Shown here piece after piece: positions 50,901 through 62,746 of a DNA stretch of 64,000 nucleotides. The notes beneath the pieces were generated by a model. It was not told the origin of the DNA, ran no database searches, and worked only from the letters and a program-made list of their open reading frames with translations. Positions within the stretch are counted from its first letter, which is position 1; the number at the start of each line of letters is the position of its first letter. Both the position numbers and the translations under genes were made by a program. Origin of the DNA: Podarcis filfolensis (lineage: Eukaryota); assembly GCA_964270895.1 (NCBI GenBank), contig OZ185440.1. One strand, written 5' to 3'.

Positions 50901-53900
50901 TGAGCTATTTGGGGCCTTATATGTTAATAAAATAACCTTTAACCCAGCTTGCTAACAAACCAGCAAGCAGTGCAGCTCTTTCAGCACATGTGTTATACAT
51001 GCTGGGAAAGGCCCCTCACTCAGCAACCAAGCCACTTCATTCTGGGTCAGTTGCAACTTCCTAACCAGCCTTAAGGGTAGCCACACAAACTGGCGCAGTC
51101 TTGAGGTTACTAATGTATTGGTTCTAGTTGGCTAAGCTAATCCTATCCAGAAACAGGCATCACTGCTTGTGATGAGCAGTCCTCACCACGGAGGACACAT
51201 GGGCCTCCAGTGAAAGCAATGGAACCAGAAGCATGTACTTGTGGGTCTGGCACTATTCCAGCATAAAACTTTGCATCAATCAGGCTTGAGGTCATTTAAA
51301 GAGGTAGCAGTATTTTATTAATTGCTTAAGCTGTTAGCCAGAACAATGGATCAACTCCTCACTCTACAAAGACACTGAAAAACTAAAATCAAAGGTGTAA
51401 CACTCACTCTCTCTCTCTATATATATATATATTTATATATTCAAGGGGATATATTCAATAATAGGGTTCTTGTACAGCAGATATGTAGAAGTAGGGATTT
51501 TGGAAGGCACAGATAGTCATGTTGCCCTACTAAAGGGGACTTAAAAAGCAGTACCAGCCAAAGTGTTATCGTTAAAAAGAACTTGAATGCTTTACTGAAT
51601 TATGTTTAATTGTTTTATATGGATTTCCTAACTTTAAATTGTTTTCAGAAGTTTCTGTACATCACACAGAGAACAAGAGTTACTCGGTGTCTGCTAAATG
51701 GAAAAAATCAATAATGCTGAAAACTGCCTATCCAGATAGAAGCTTTTGTAAACAGATACTGGCAAGGTCCACCGGGCTAAGGCCCAAAAATGAGCTTCTT
51801 GAGCTCATTTTGCTCACCTCAAAGGGAAATGCAAGTATCAGAAGCTCAATAATTCTCTGCAGTTCTGATTAAAACCAGAGCAAGAACCCTGGCTAAGCCC
51901 TGCTTTGAACAACTACTTCAACCCAACCCCTGCAAGTACCCTTTTGCCCTAAAGAGTATCCTGCTAATGTTTGGAGGAAGGGAGAATTCCCAGTCAAGCA
52001 GACTTCCTCAAACCAGCCCCCTATAGAAATTGCAAGTTGGGAGGATGCCGTTGCACTCAGGTCCTGGTTTTGAGCTTCCCATGGGCATCTGGTTGTCCAC
52101 TATGAGAAGAGGATATTGGGCTAAATGGGCCATTGGTTTGATACTGCAGAATCTTATTATGTTCTTGAAACACCTATTGCAATGCCTTTCGGGCTGCTTT
52201 CAAAGGATGCCACAGGTCAAACTGAGGGGGCAGGCAAAAATTGACATACTGAATTTAGGTAAGATAGTGTTTATTGTTTGGCCTATTGAGTTGTTTGGAA
52301 GGGATGCCCTTGGCAAACCTGTTTTGGGGGTACCCCATATCCAACAGGAGAACCTCTGTCCCCAAAGGTCACCTCCATGGAGGGTAGACATTTGACCCAA
52401 CTCCCAGTTTTCCTAAAGTTCAGCCACTCATAATTCCATAGTTGCTTTGCCTCCATTTCTCATTGAAAAGAGGCCTAGAACTAGTATCAAAGCATAAATC
52501 TCTGGATAATAAGCAACTATTGCAATAGTATATTGCAAAATAGTTGCAATAAGCAACTATTTTACTTTTAAAAGACAACTGTTTAGGGAAGTTTTTAATG
52601 TTTGATGCTGTATTGTTTTTAATATTCAGTGGCTGGGAAAACCCAGCCAGATGGGCAGGGTATTAATAATAAAAATAAATAAATATTTTTATTATTTTTA
52701 TTACTATTATTACTATTATTTGCTTGCTCTGCTTTCACCTGTCATTTCACTCATCAAGAATTGTGATATTGTCCCACTGTCTTTGGTCAGTGGTAGGGCT
52801 TCTCCTAGGCCATGGGTCTCTGCAGGTGCAACCATACCGACTCCTGCCATGTCTTGACATGGGGTAAGAAATATAATTATGCATATTGAGGAACTTACTG
52901 TTTTAGAATCAGACTGTTTTATTGTTATTGGCTTATAATACTATTGAAGAACAGTGTAAATAATAATTTATATGTAATAACTAGTATGGAAAAAACTAGA
53001 CCTGCACTACAACCAACAACTTTAACCTGTTCAGCCAGACAAAATTAAACACAGCAAGATAAAATATCTTCCTGAATGAAACAAATTATGGGCATAGCTA
53101 AAACAAATGGGAATTTGAAGAAATATCTGCAATACAGAAATTCTAGTTTTGAAACTTTACCTGCATTCCAATTTGCTTTGCCACCATAACCCTTTTATTC
53201 ACAAGTCTAGATTTAGCAAGGCAAAACGATGGCCTTCCTGAATGAAACTTCAACAGAAAAATCACAAGCAAAAAAGACAAAACTATTAGAGTAAGCCAGG
53301 GAGGAACAGGATGGTGAAAATTCCACCTCTGAATAAATTTCCACATATTCAGGTCCTAGAACAACAATTCAGCCTTCCAATGTTTGAAGCTGAAACATTA
53401 CGATATAAAACATTTCCCATAAATACTTCCTTTATGGAAATATTATCATGTAGAAAACAATAAATGCTTTACCACACAAGTAGTGTACTAAAAAGGCTTT
53501 GACCTTTTCAGTTAAAATATCATGAAATTTTAGTAAGGTTTTACACATCAGATAGCAAGAATCAAATGTCAGTTGATAATCTTAAAAACTTGTTGAGATG
53601 CTGCAATTATTTTCCAGTTTCAGACACAGAAGCCCCAAGTTGGTGTTAAACACACAATTTACCTGCTTTCCAATTGGAATACCTTTGTCTAACAAATATT
53701 AACTTACAATAATGGCCTCACAGTTAATAGAGTCCACCCATCCAAACACAAAATAAAGTTCCATAATCAAGCTTGTCAGCTTCAACACAACTTCCTGCCA
53801 AGTCAGTTTCAATTACATTACATGCAGTTGAGAAAAGGACTGTTGTATAAGCCAGGTCTTCTTTTGCTAGACACTGTTTATGAGACTCAAACAATCTATC

Positions 53901-54102
53901 ACCCATGGATGATGTCAAAAGGGTGTGAGTCCAAGACCCCCTGTAAATGAGTTCTTTAAAAATATTTTTACCAAATTAATAATGAATAATAAAAATGATT
54001 CAAATATAATGTAGAATCGTTGCTGGAAAAGCCTCTGAGAAGGTAGACTTGAGAACTGCAGTTCTCACCATACCCACTTTTACCTCACCTAATTTTGCAC
54101 TT

Positions 54103-54106
<4 letters not shown>

Positions 54107-54136
<30 letters not shown>
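54107..54136. repeat. (CA)n microsatellite
   Basis: Direct reading. Confidence 0.95.
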
Positions 54137-54137
<1 letters not shown>

Positions 54138-54539
54138 AGGGTTGACCATGGGTCAATGTGTCCCCTGACCTGAAAACAAATGGCCACTGCTTTTGCATCT
54201 CTGACTTTTCTCATTTCTAGTGCCTACATAAGAGCTCTACTCTCAATATGATCTTACCAGGCTTGGGTGCAATAACACTTCAGGTGTCAGAAATCATGTT
54301 CTCATTAATGTAACCTAAAAATAAATAGGGTTTTTGATCCCCAGCCCAAAACTATTGGTTCACATTGAATTGATTTTTAACTGTAAACCCAAAATCTCTC
54401 TCCCTGTCATATTGTGGGAATAGCAAGTATGCATAAGCAAGATTATAGAGTTATCTCCTCTAAACCAGTGGTGGATGTGTGGATGAAATTGAACTCAAAG
54501 CCACTTACTTCACAGCCACGTCTGTCACTTTCAGATCTA

Positions 54540-54879
54540 CCATACTTTTCTGTGTATAAGATGAGGTTTTTTTAATGATAATATACCTTTTAAAATTGGG
54601 ACTCGTCTTATACATGGATAGTGCAGAGTGGGGACAGGGGATTGGTTTGTGCCACGAGCAGGAGATTGTCAGCGATGATAGGGTAGCTGATTGGTGGCTG
54701 CGGCAAGTGCTGCTGTCGATTGGTTCCTGTAGCGGCAATTGGGCAAACGATTGGCGGCTTCTGCACCATGTTCGTTTAGCAGCGTTGGTCAGGCGGGGGT
54801 GAGCAATCTCCCCCCAGAGGGACGGAGATAGGGGGGAGTCTTATACATGGGGGTAGGGGTTATACATGGGAAAATATGG
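54540..54879. mobile_element. Tc1/mariner (Tc2-like) MITE
   Basis: TIRs ccatacttttctgtgtataa / ttatacatgggaaaatatgg (16/20 match) with TA flanks at 54538-54539 and 54880-54881. Confidence 0.78.
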
Positions 54880-56334
54880 TATGTCCTGATTCAGAGAACC
54901 TTTCTTACTCTCTGCACCTGATCAGTTAGCCATGCTGCATTGCAACCTATTTTCAAATTTAAGAGCACATTGACAAACTTGTATCACAGGGAGCCAGGTA
55001 TAGGAAGAGATAGGCATATGTATAGATGAAAATCTCTACCATAAATGCACATCCTCTCTGAACGTTTGAGATTTTTAATGTAAACCTTCAAATTTTAATT
55101 CTAATTTGGTTATTACAAAGTTGAAATGTTCAATATAGTCCAAGTCACAGCACCTCAATTTTCTCTCCCCGACCCCAACCTAGACATTGGGGAGGCCGGG
55201 ATAAAGTTTGACATTATAAATCAATATTTAAAAGGAAGAACAAACGCTGAAACTAGAGCCTTGAAAATATTAATACACGGAAATATAATTTTTCTAATAA
55301 CTAAAATAGCACTGGGACAAATAAAGTAATTAGCAGATCCTTTAAAGTACAAAATACATAAAACAATCCAGGTTGATTCTGCATTTGAAACTCCCCAATG
55401 AACATTGCAGACTTAGCAAAAATGATCAAACAATGAATTGTGTTGCTGCTGTCTGACACACAGATCTGCAACTATTGGAAAAAATCCAAGTTTAACTCAT
55501 CACACAATTTCCCCAAGGGAAAGAACACACTACACTATACTGAATGTTCTCTAGAAAATTAGGGAACATACACTCACAACAAAATTGACCAGAAAGCCAC
55601 CTGCATTCTTTTCCTGTACAAATGATACAAATAATGCTATAAATACTTTTAGATTAATGGAGAGTCATGAAAACACTAACTATTAGCTGCACATTACTGA
55701 ATACTAATGGAACTAAAATGGAAAGGAATCCTAAGCAAGGAAAAGAGTGTTTATTTTATTTCTCACTGGAGGGGGGGGGGAAACAAATCTGAAGATGTAC
55801 GTACATATTTCTGTCTCACATGCATAAAAGCTACACTATGCAGAAAACCATCAATAAATAATGAATTTGTTTTAGAAAGTCTACCTGGATCTGGAAATTG
55901 GTGCTTTATTATAACTGGCCTTCTGTATAAAAATCCACATTATAGTTAAAAACATTTAATTATTTTGTAATACCACAATATCAAACTGAATAGCTGACTA
56001 TTTTGACTAATGTGTTATGTATAAATAGTAGTTGTATCTAGATTTTGGAATAAAAGTGACTGAAAACCCCCAAATAGTTGCTGGCATCAAGATGTTCTAT
56101 TTGAAAAAATGCTTCAAAATAACTTTGAGAAGTTTCAAACTGGAAGTCTCACATCATGTGTACATGAGGTGAAAGCCATGAGGAATATTAAGTTGAAGTA
56201 TGTACCTGCACGATTACATGTGCAAAATGCAATGTGTATGAAATGTGCAAATTTCCTTTCAGCAACCCTTTCACACTTCTCACCATTGTGTCTCAGAGAC
56301 AATGGAGGAGTGCACCTTTGAGGGTGAAGTAAAA

Positions 56335-57290
56335 CCATTCGAGAGTTACAGCGTCTGCTGTGGCTGCAGAGACTGATATGGGAGAGACATGTTTTGTTGC
56401 AGCGGGGGCAGATGAAGGTGTCCAGTTGTGCTGCTGCAGATGCACCATGGCGTTTATTCTTCCTATGCTCCTACCAATGGTTATTCCTCCTCTAGTCACT
56501 GCTGTGGATACACAATCTGATTGTCTCCAGGCACTGCAGTCATCTGCAAGGGATTCCCACGTGGCAGGGTTGATGTTGCCATGTGCCTTCATGTCTTATG
56601 TGCAGACATTTTTGTAACAGGCCTTGTGCCTGAAGCTAGCTCCCTATAGAGCACATCCCTGGGGATCCTACCATCTTTTATTCTGTTGACATGACCAAGC
56701 CAGCCTAGATGTCGCTGAGACAGGAGTGCAAACATACTGGGAATGTCTTGCTGAGCAGTGGCTGAAGAGGTCAAAGGCCTGCATCAGGTCTATGAAGGCA
56801 ACATACAAGGGACATCTCTACCCTTAGCATTTCTCCTGTAGCTGATGCAATGAGAAAATCATGTTGACCTCTGAGCTCTAAAGACACATTGACTTGGGAA
56901 AGGACCCTGCTAATGAGTGACTGTAATATGCTACACAAGCAAAGGCTTTCCCCACAGTACTCAACAGGGAGATTCCATGGTAGTCCTTATAGTCATGGAA
57001 GTAACATTTGCTCTTTTAGAGGGTCACAATGCTGGAGTCGCACATGTCTTGTGGCACGGATCCTTGTTCTCAACACTGCAAGAGGTGGCTGTGGAGGTGT
57101 ATCATGAGGAAGGAACTGAAGCCGGCTTTCAGCACGTCTGTTGGGATCCTGTCCTATCCAGGGGCTTTGGCCAACAGTTGCGGGCATATTGTCTGGCAAT
57201 CTGCTGGACATCGCTCCTTGCCTCTTTTTGCATGACACATGCTTGCAGCTCACAAGAGCCTAGTGCTTTGCAGCAATAACAGGCTCAATG
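56335..57290 (-). mobile_element. Degenerate RTE-clade LINE fragment with internal deletion
   Basis: Minus-strand motifs SQCVFRAQRST..MIFSLHQLQEKC..PLYVAFIDLMQAFD, then IPSMFALLSQRHLGWLGHVNRIKDGRIPRDVLYRELASG and DMKAHGNINPATWESLADD. Confidence 0.88.
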
Positions 57291-57761
57291 TCCTTTAAAT
57301 GGTGGGCTCAAACCAGTCAGGGATCTGTTGCTCTCTTTTGCAAAAGGAGGACATAGCTGTAATTCTATGATGTAATTCTACCTTGCTTCGAAGGTACTGA
57401 CTCACTTTGAAGTTTTGCTGTTATAACACAAAATAATCTTGACAATACCAAAAGATTTGTCTTTTTGTTGCAAACACTGAAACAATGAAATTTGGACAAT
57501 AATTTGGAAACTTATAGTACTAATAGTGTATGGAGCTTCTATAGAGTCACCTATTTGGTTGCAGTAGCACAGCCACAACTTAGCAGTTTATTGTATACAG
57601 TTAATGCTTTGCATGTATAAGCAATATCCCAGGTTATATCACTGGCATCTGTAGCTAAGAGACCCCAGGACCAGCTGGGATCAAAACTTGGAGGCACTGC
57701 TTTTCTTAATACTCTATTACTTCAGACTGCATATTTTAATGTTCTCCTACCTGCACAAAAT

Positions 57762-58116
57762 GGGACGCGGGTGGCACTGTGGGTTAAACCACAGAGCCTA
57801 GGACTTGCCGATCAGAAGGTCGGCGGTTCGAATCCCCACGACGGGGCGAGCTCCCGTTGCTTGGTCCCTGCTCCTGCCAACCTAGCAGTTCAAAAGCACG
57901 TCAAAAGTGCAAGTAGATAAATAGGTACCGCTCCGGCAGGAAGGTAAACGGCGTTTCCATGCACTGCTCTGGTTCACCAGAAGTGGCTTAGTCATGCTGG
58001 CCACATGGCCCAGAAGCCGTGCGCCAGCTCCCTCGGCCAATAAAGCGAGATGAGCACCGCAACCCCAAAGTCGGCCTCGACTGAACCTAATGGTCAGGGG
58101 TCCCTTTACCTTTACC
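57762..58116 (+). mobile_element. Full-length Sauria (Squam1) SINE with TSD
   Basis: Same structure as 47645-47998; 12-bp TSD tacctgcacaaa at 57748-57759 and 58113-58124. Confidence 0.93.
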
Positions 58117-60019
58117 TGCACAAAGGAAGTTAGCATAAAATAGAGATAGCTGGGGTTGAACACCTTTCCTTAGAATGCTAGGTTTTGTGTGGATGGGCGA
58201 GTGGATGTATGTACTTTATATGGAAGGCATTCAAACATGTGTTGTCCTCAGCTGCAAAATAACTATCCAGGAAAAGTTTTACCACCCAATTCTGATAAAT
58301 GTTTAAATTGACCCTAAGATAGTAAGGTTTGCAAAGGCTCTGATTGAGCTATAAAGAATGAGTTTTCACAGGGAAAGCCACAGAGCAAAAAAAAGGGGGC
58401 ATTTGGAAACAGAACTTTAAAGAACAGACCATGCCTGGAAAGAGCAGAGGAAAGGTAGGTGTGGATAAGCCCTAAGATGATTCCCTCAAGGGCAAAAGAT
58501 GGACAATATCAGACACATATGACAGAAGACATGAGGGGCAAGGGCTTTCTAAAGTAATGAAAACTTAAGTCTTCCGTACTGAATACATTCTTCCCTTTAG
58601 CTCTAGCATACTATCACTAAGTCAAAAGCTGCCTTGTAATAACATTACCAGATCAAAACATCCTAAGTCTCAAACAATAAGTGCCCTATTGTCAGGAAGA
58701 AAACTTCAGGAAGCTCTAATCCTTTTATTTACTTGAACTTTCAGTTACTGGAACATATTTTACTTGAGTATTGAGTGGATCATTTTGGAAATAGCCTACC
58801 TTTCCAGATGAATTAAATATATCTAACAATCAATTGCGTAAAAAATGATAGGAAGCTGACAAGTATTATATATAATGAGAATCACTTCCAACACATTTAA
58901 TTGCATTAACAAGTGGAAGATTTGTTTGTATAAATGAGGTTAACAAACTTTTAATAGACATTTTCAATTTTTTATTTGCAGCCAACACACTAATGAGCTT
59001 ATTTCACAAGGTAAAACACAAAGCTGTATACACCTACCAAAAATTTATTTAGAAGCCTGAGCAGTTTTAAGTTTGGGTAACTTGGAGTTACTCAATTGCC
59101 CAGTTATTAGTAGACATCAGGGAGTTCTGTACAAGATTATAATTAGCCAATGAAGTTCAGCCTAGGTGCAAGAAAGTCTGCTGGATCGTGAAAATGTTTA
59201 ATGTTTATTTGTCCAGCAAATGGTCCAAAGGCACACTACAAAACTATCCCAATTATAACAAGTACAAATTATATTAAAATCATAAAGTAAAACTACAAAA
59301 TCCATCAATAACGAAACTAGCAAAACAGCAGTACAGATAACTGCAATGCAATAAAAGGGAAAATATCCACTCAATCAAAGACCAATGCATTGATGGATCA
59401 GATAAAAGGACCATTTAGTCCAGCAATATGCTTCTACAGCAGCCAGATAGATGCCTCTAAATATTCACAGGCATTGTAACTGCCTTTTCCACACAACTGG
59501 TGCTCAAAAGCTGCTTCTGAACATTTATGAATTATTTCTTTACACAATTTATATACTGTTTAACTACAAACATTTAAAAGGGATGCACATAAAATAGGGA
59601 AAAAATATTTTTAAACAGTTAAAACCTTAAAACCAGACTTTAATCGAAACTCCTATTGAATTTTTTTGAAAAGTATTGGTAGGGACTGGAAATTCAACTG
59701 AACTCAATTGGAAGGGAGTTCCACAAAACTGGGCCACAATGCTGAACACAGAGATTCTCATGAGTACAATGTTTCTGAGCCCCGGGAGACCACTAATAGT
59801 GGCTCCCTTGAAGTTTGGCTGGTACAACACGTGGCCTGAGGGCAGCCCTTCACAACATTTGGCATTCCCCCAGGCCCCAGCAACACTTGTGCTGCCTTTC
59901 GTTAAGTCAGGCCTAGTTATCCTTCCAATCTCGGTGCTTCACTTTCCTTGCTTTGAAAAGCCAGCATGTGGACAGGGTGTCAAATTTTGGCCTCTCCGCC
60001 CCTGGTGTGCAGCACAAGA

Positions 60020-60420
60020 CAGTGTCAAAGTACACTTACAGTCCACTTGGTATGAAAAGTTGGACCAGCCTGTTCTTCGACCTTAGTGATTGGGCAGGGA
60101 TGTAAGGGTTTAGGCCAGGTTTCCTCAAACTTGGCCCTCCAGATGTTTTTGGCCTGCAACTACCATGATCCCTAGCTAGTGGTCAGGGATGATGGGAATT
60201 GTAGTCTCAAAACATCTGGAGGGCCGAGTTTGAGGAAGCCTGGTTTAGACAGTCCTTGAGGTATCCTGGACCCAAGTTGTTAGGGTCTTGTAAATTAATG
60301 CAAGAACTCTGAATCTGGCCCAGAAGTGTATGGGCAGCCTGTGCAACCTTTTGAGAACCAAAGTTATGTGTTGTCAATGCATAGAGGAGATGATTAACAT
60401 GTAACACTGATTTCTGCAAA
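60020..60420 (-). mobile_element. L2-type LINE fragment interrupted by a MITE
   Basis: LHRLPIHFWARFRVLALIYK and PGYLKDC motifs; the reading continues on the far side of the MITE. Confidence 0.8.
60116..60242. mobile_element. Palindromic hAT-type MITE
   Basis: TIRs caggtttcctcaaacttggccctccag / ctggagggccgagtttgaggaagcctg; TSD gtttaggc / gtttagac (7/8). Confidence 0.88.
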
Positions 60421-61748
60421 ATAAGATCCCATTATATTATCTTGACTCACATATCAAAAAAAGACCTTATAAAAAAGCAACCTGTAACTGACCAATTATC
60501 TGTGGGAATTTATTTATTTTATGCAATACAATTTATTTCTTACACATAAATTCCACCTTTCTTCCTACATGGAACCCAAGGTGGCATAAATGTGATCCTA
60601 GGAAGGTCTGCCATTCCATCTCTTAAAATGTACCTGAAGCTGTTCAGACCTGTCATTCTTACTTTTCTCACTGAGTGAAAAACTCATTACAATATTTATG
60701 TGGGACAGCTACAGGCCAACAGGTTTATAAACACCACAGCACTTCTATACTGCAGATTTGTAGCTGCGGGTTTAGGAACTTATTGTTGCAAGCATCTTCC
60801 AAATATGGAAATTTGCAATGATTTGAGTACACTGGATCAACAGGTGTCTCCTTTTCTCATAGTATGAAATTCAGTCTTGAGTCCCATGTGACCATTACTT
60901 CAACCAAAATGTAACAGCAATAATTAAGGTTTTTTAAGATACAGCAAGAGATAACCTTCTACCGTTAAATGTGCTGTCAACTATGGTTTATCCTTGAAAA
61001 ATGCCTTATTCTTAGTTTTCCTCAAGCCATTCAGTATTTCAGTAAGGCAACTTGTCAAACACCAGCAAGCCAGTTCTTCCACATTCACATTTAAATTTAC
61101 AGAGCAACTCTCCACTGGGGAGGAAGCACTGCCACAATGCTGCTTTTCATCAATCTATTTCAAAATGTTCTATGCCTCATTCCTTTAACTTCTTGAATTT
61201 TATATGCCTTAATATTCCAGTCTCATCCAACCCAGATGCATTTAGGCAAGCTAAGCAATATAATATCCGATTTAGCAACTTCTCTCTAAAATTAGGCTTT
61301 TAAAAATGAGTGCTATTACCAAGGAGTGATTTCTGGAATTTTGTTTACCTGATGTGGAGTGTTCAGAAATTCTAATGCAAAAGAAACAGAAAGCCATCTT
61401 GAAGCTTCATTAAGGAACAAAGCTTATTTAAGTAGCTATCTACGTTCAAACTGTAAGCAGTTTGCATTTCCTCACAGTTCTTCACTCACATTTTTATAGT
61501 ATTATCGGCACCACACAACAGTAGTCAGTAATCAACTGTCATATAGTATAACACCATTCCATTTTATATATATATTTTTAGCCAACAACTTATAGAACAA
61601 TTCAGTCAGTTATGCATACAGCATTTCCAAGATTTCAGAGTCCTGTTTTTCTCTCCCTAAGGAAGCACATGAAGCACAGCAATCCATCAGGGTGAATGAG
61701 AGGTCTGTACATGTCTTCAGTATCTTCATCCAATCCTCTCTCTCTCAC

Positions 61749-61797
61749 CTTGATATAAGTTATTGATCCACCAGACCATGCAGCAAGCAGAGAAGGG
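61749..61797 (-). CDS. Candidate alternative upstream ARHGAP29 exon (ATG at 61779; MVWWINNLYQ)
   Basis: ccccatacag acceptor, CAAG|GTGAGA donor; ATG plus 31 nt ends in phase 1, in frame with exon 3. No homology support recognised. Confidence 0.3.
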
Positions 61798-62480
61798 CTG
61801 TATGGGGACACAGAAGTTTACAGATCTCCCTCCCACTGACCCCAATAGCCCCAACTGCTGTATATTCATGCATGTAGGGTGTCCTCTGTGGGCAGGCTTG
61901 TACTCTTACTATTTTTGAACAGCTTATTTAGACTTTGAACTGCTACTCGCTTTCAAGTAAAAACAAAACAAAACAACTCTACTGAATAGGTTAAGGTTTT
62001 CAAGTATTAACCTGTTTTATCAAAAGGCTGCCAAAATCCAGAAACACTAGTTGGTCTCATGGCCAACATTAAACTTCAGAGTCACAAAACTCTGACTCCC
62101 AGTGCCAGATTTAGATAGGTGGTGCTCTTTTTTAAAGTAAATACAAAGCTCCATTGCTTTCAAAATGGTACAGCTAACCATATGTTCACTTTTCACCCAC
62201 AGAACTTATTGCCAGAAATTCGGGTCTTCGGCTAGATTGAATCCTTTAAAAAATTGAGAATGGGATCTAAAGAACAGTAGATGCCAGCAGAAAAAATTAC
62301 TTCTTGCTGGAGAGGAGGTTGTTGATTTTCCTTCCCAAACACAGCCCTTTGTGCCACATTGGGAAGCCATCTGGAGTAAATTCAGTCTTCAGAAATACCT
62401 TTTTAAGGGCTCCCATGGGAAAGGCAGGACATTGTATATACAGTACTGTATTGTAATCTGGATCATGGCCAAAGTTATTT

Positions 62481-62532
62481 TGTGTGTGTGTGTGTGTGTG
62501 TGCGTGCACACACACACACGCACACACACACA
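62481..62532. repeat. (TG)n-(CA)n compound microsatellite
   Basis: 52 bp of uninterrupted pyrimidine-purine alternation. Confidence 0.93.
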
Positions 62533-62693
62533 CCCTCAACAAAAACATATATATATGCCCAACAACATTACTACATAAATTGTTAATGAGGAGCTATAAT
62601 TGTTATTAATTTTTTTTAAAAAAATCTACTTTCAAACTCAACATAGTATTCAAAAGTTAAATACAAGGTAAAGTAGAAAAAGAATCAAGTCAC

Positions 62694-62694
<1 letters not shown>

Positions 62695-62729
<35 letters not shown>

Positions 62730-62746
62730 TGTGTGTGTGTGTGTGT
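62695..62746. repeat. (AC)n-(GT)n palindromic microsatellite
   Basis: Perfect 40-bp palindrome 62707-62746 centred on ac|gt. Confidence 0.93.

Noticed and set aside
53161-53247. 87-nt segment with plausible acceptor and CAG|GTAAAG donor in ARHGAP29 intron 2
   Set aside because: It contains TAA in the frame needed for exon 3, and its ATG frame ends in phase 0. No homology; most likely a pseudo-exon.
56135-56338. RKFAH motif as a possible ARHGAP29 exon 2 (human RKFSH)
   Set aside because: The flanking residues do not align (no VND before, no LxLKE after), and it abuts an RTE remnant.
28530-60420. Four L2 fragments ~10 kb apart, all on the minus strand, as one dispersed element
   Set aside because: Their order along the minus strand is the reverse of ORF2 order and two cover similar C-terminal regions. 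They are independent insertions, and the spacing is probably coincidental.
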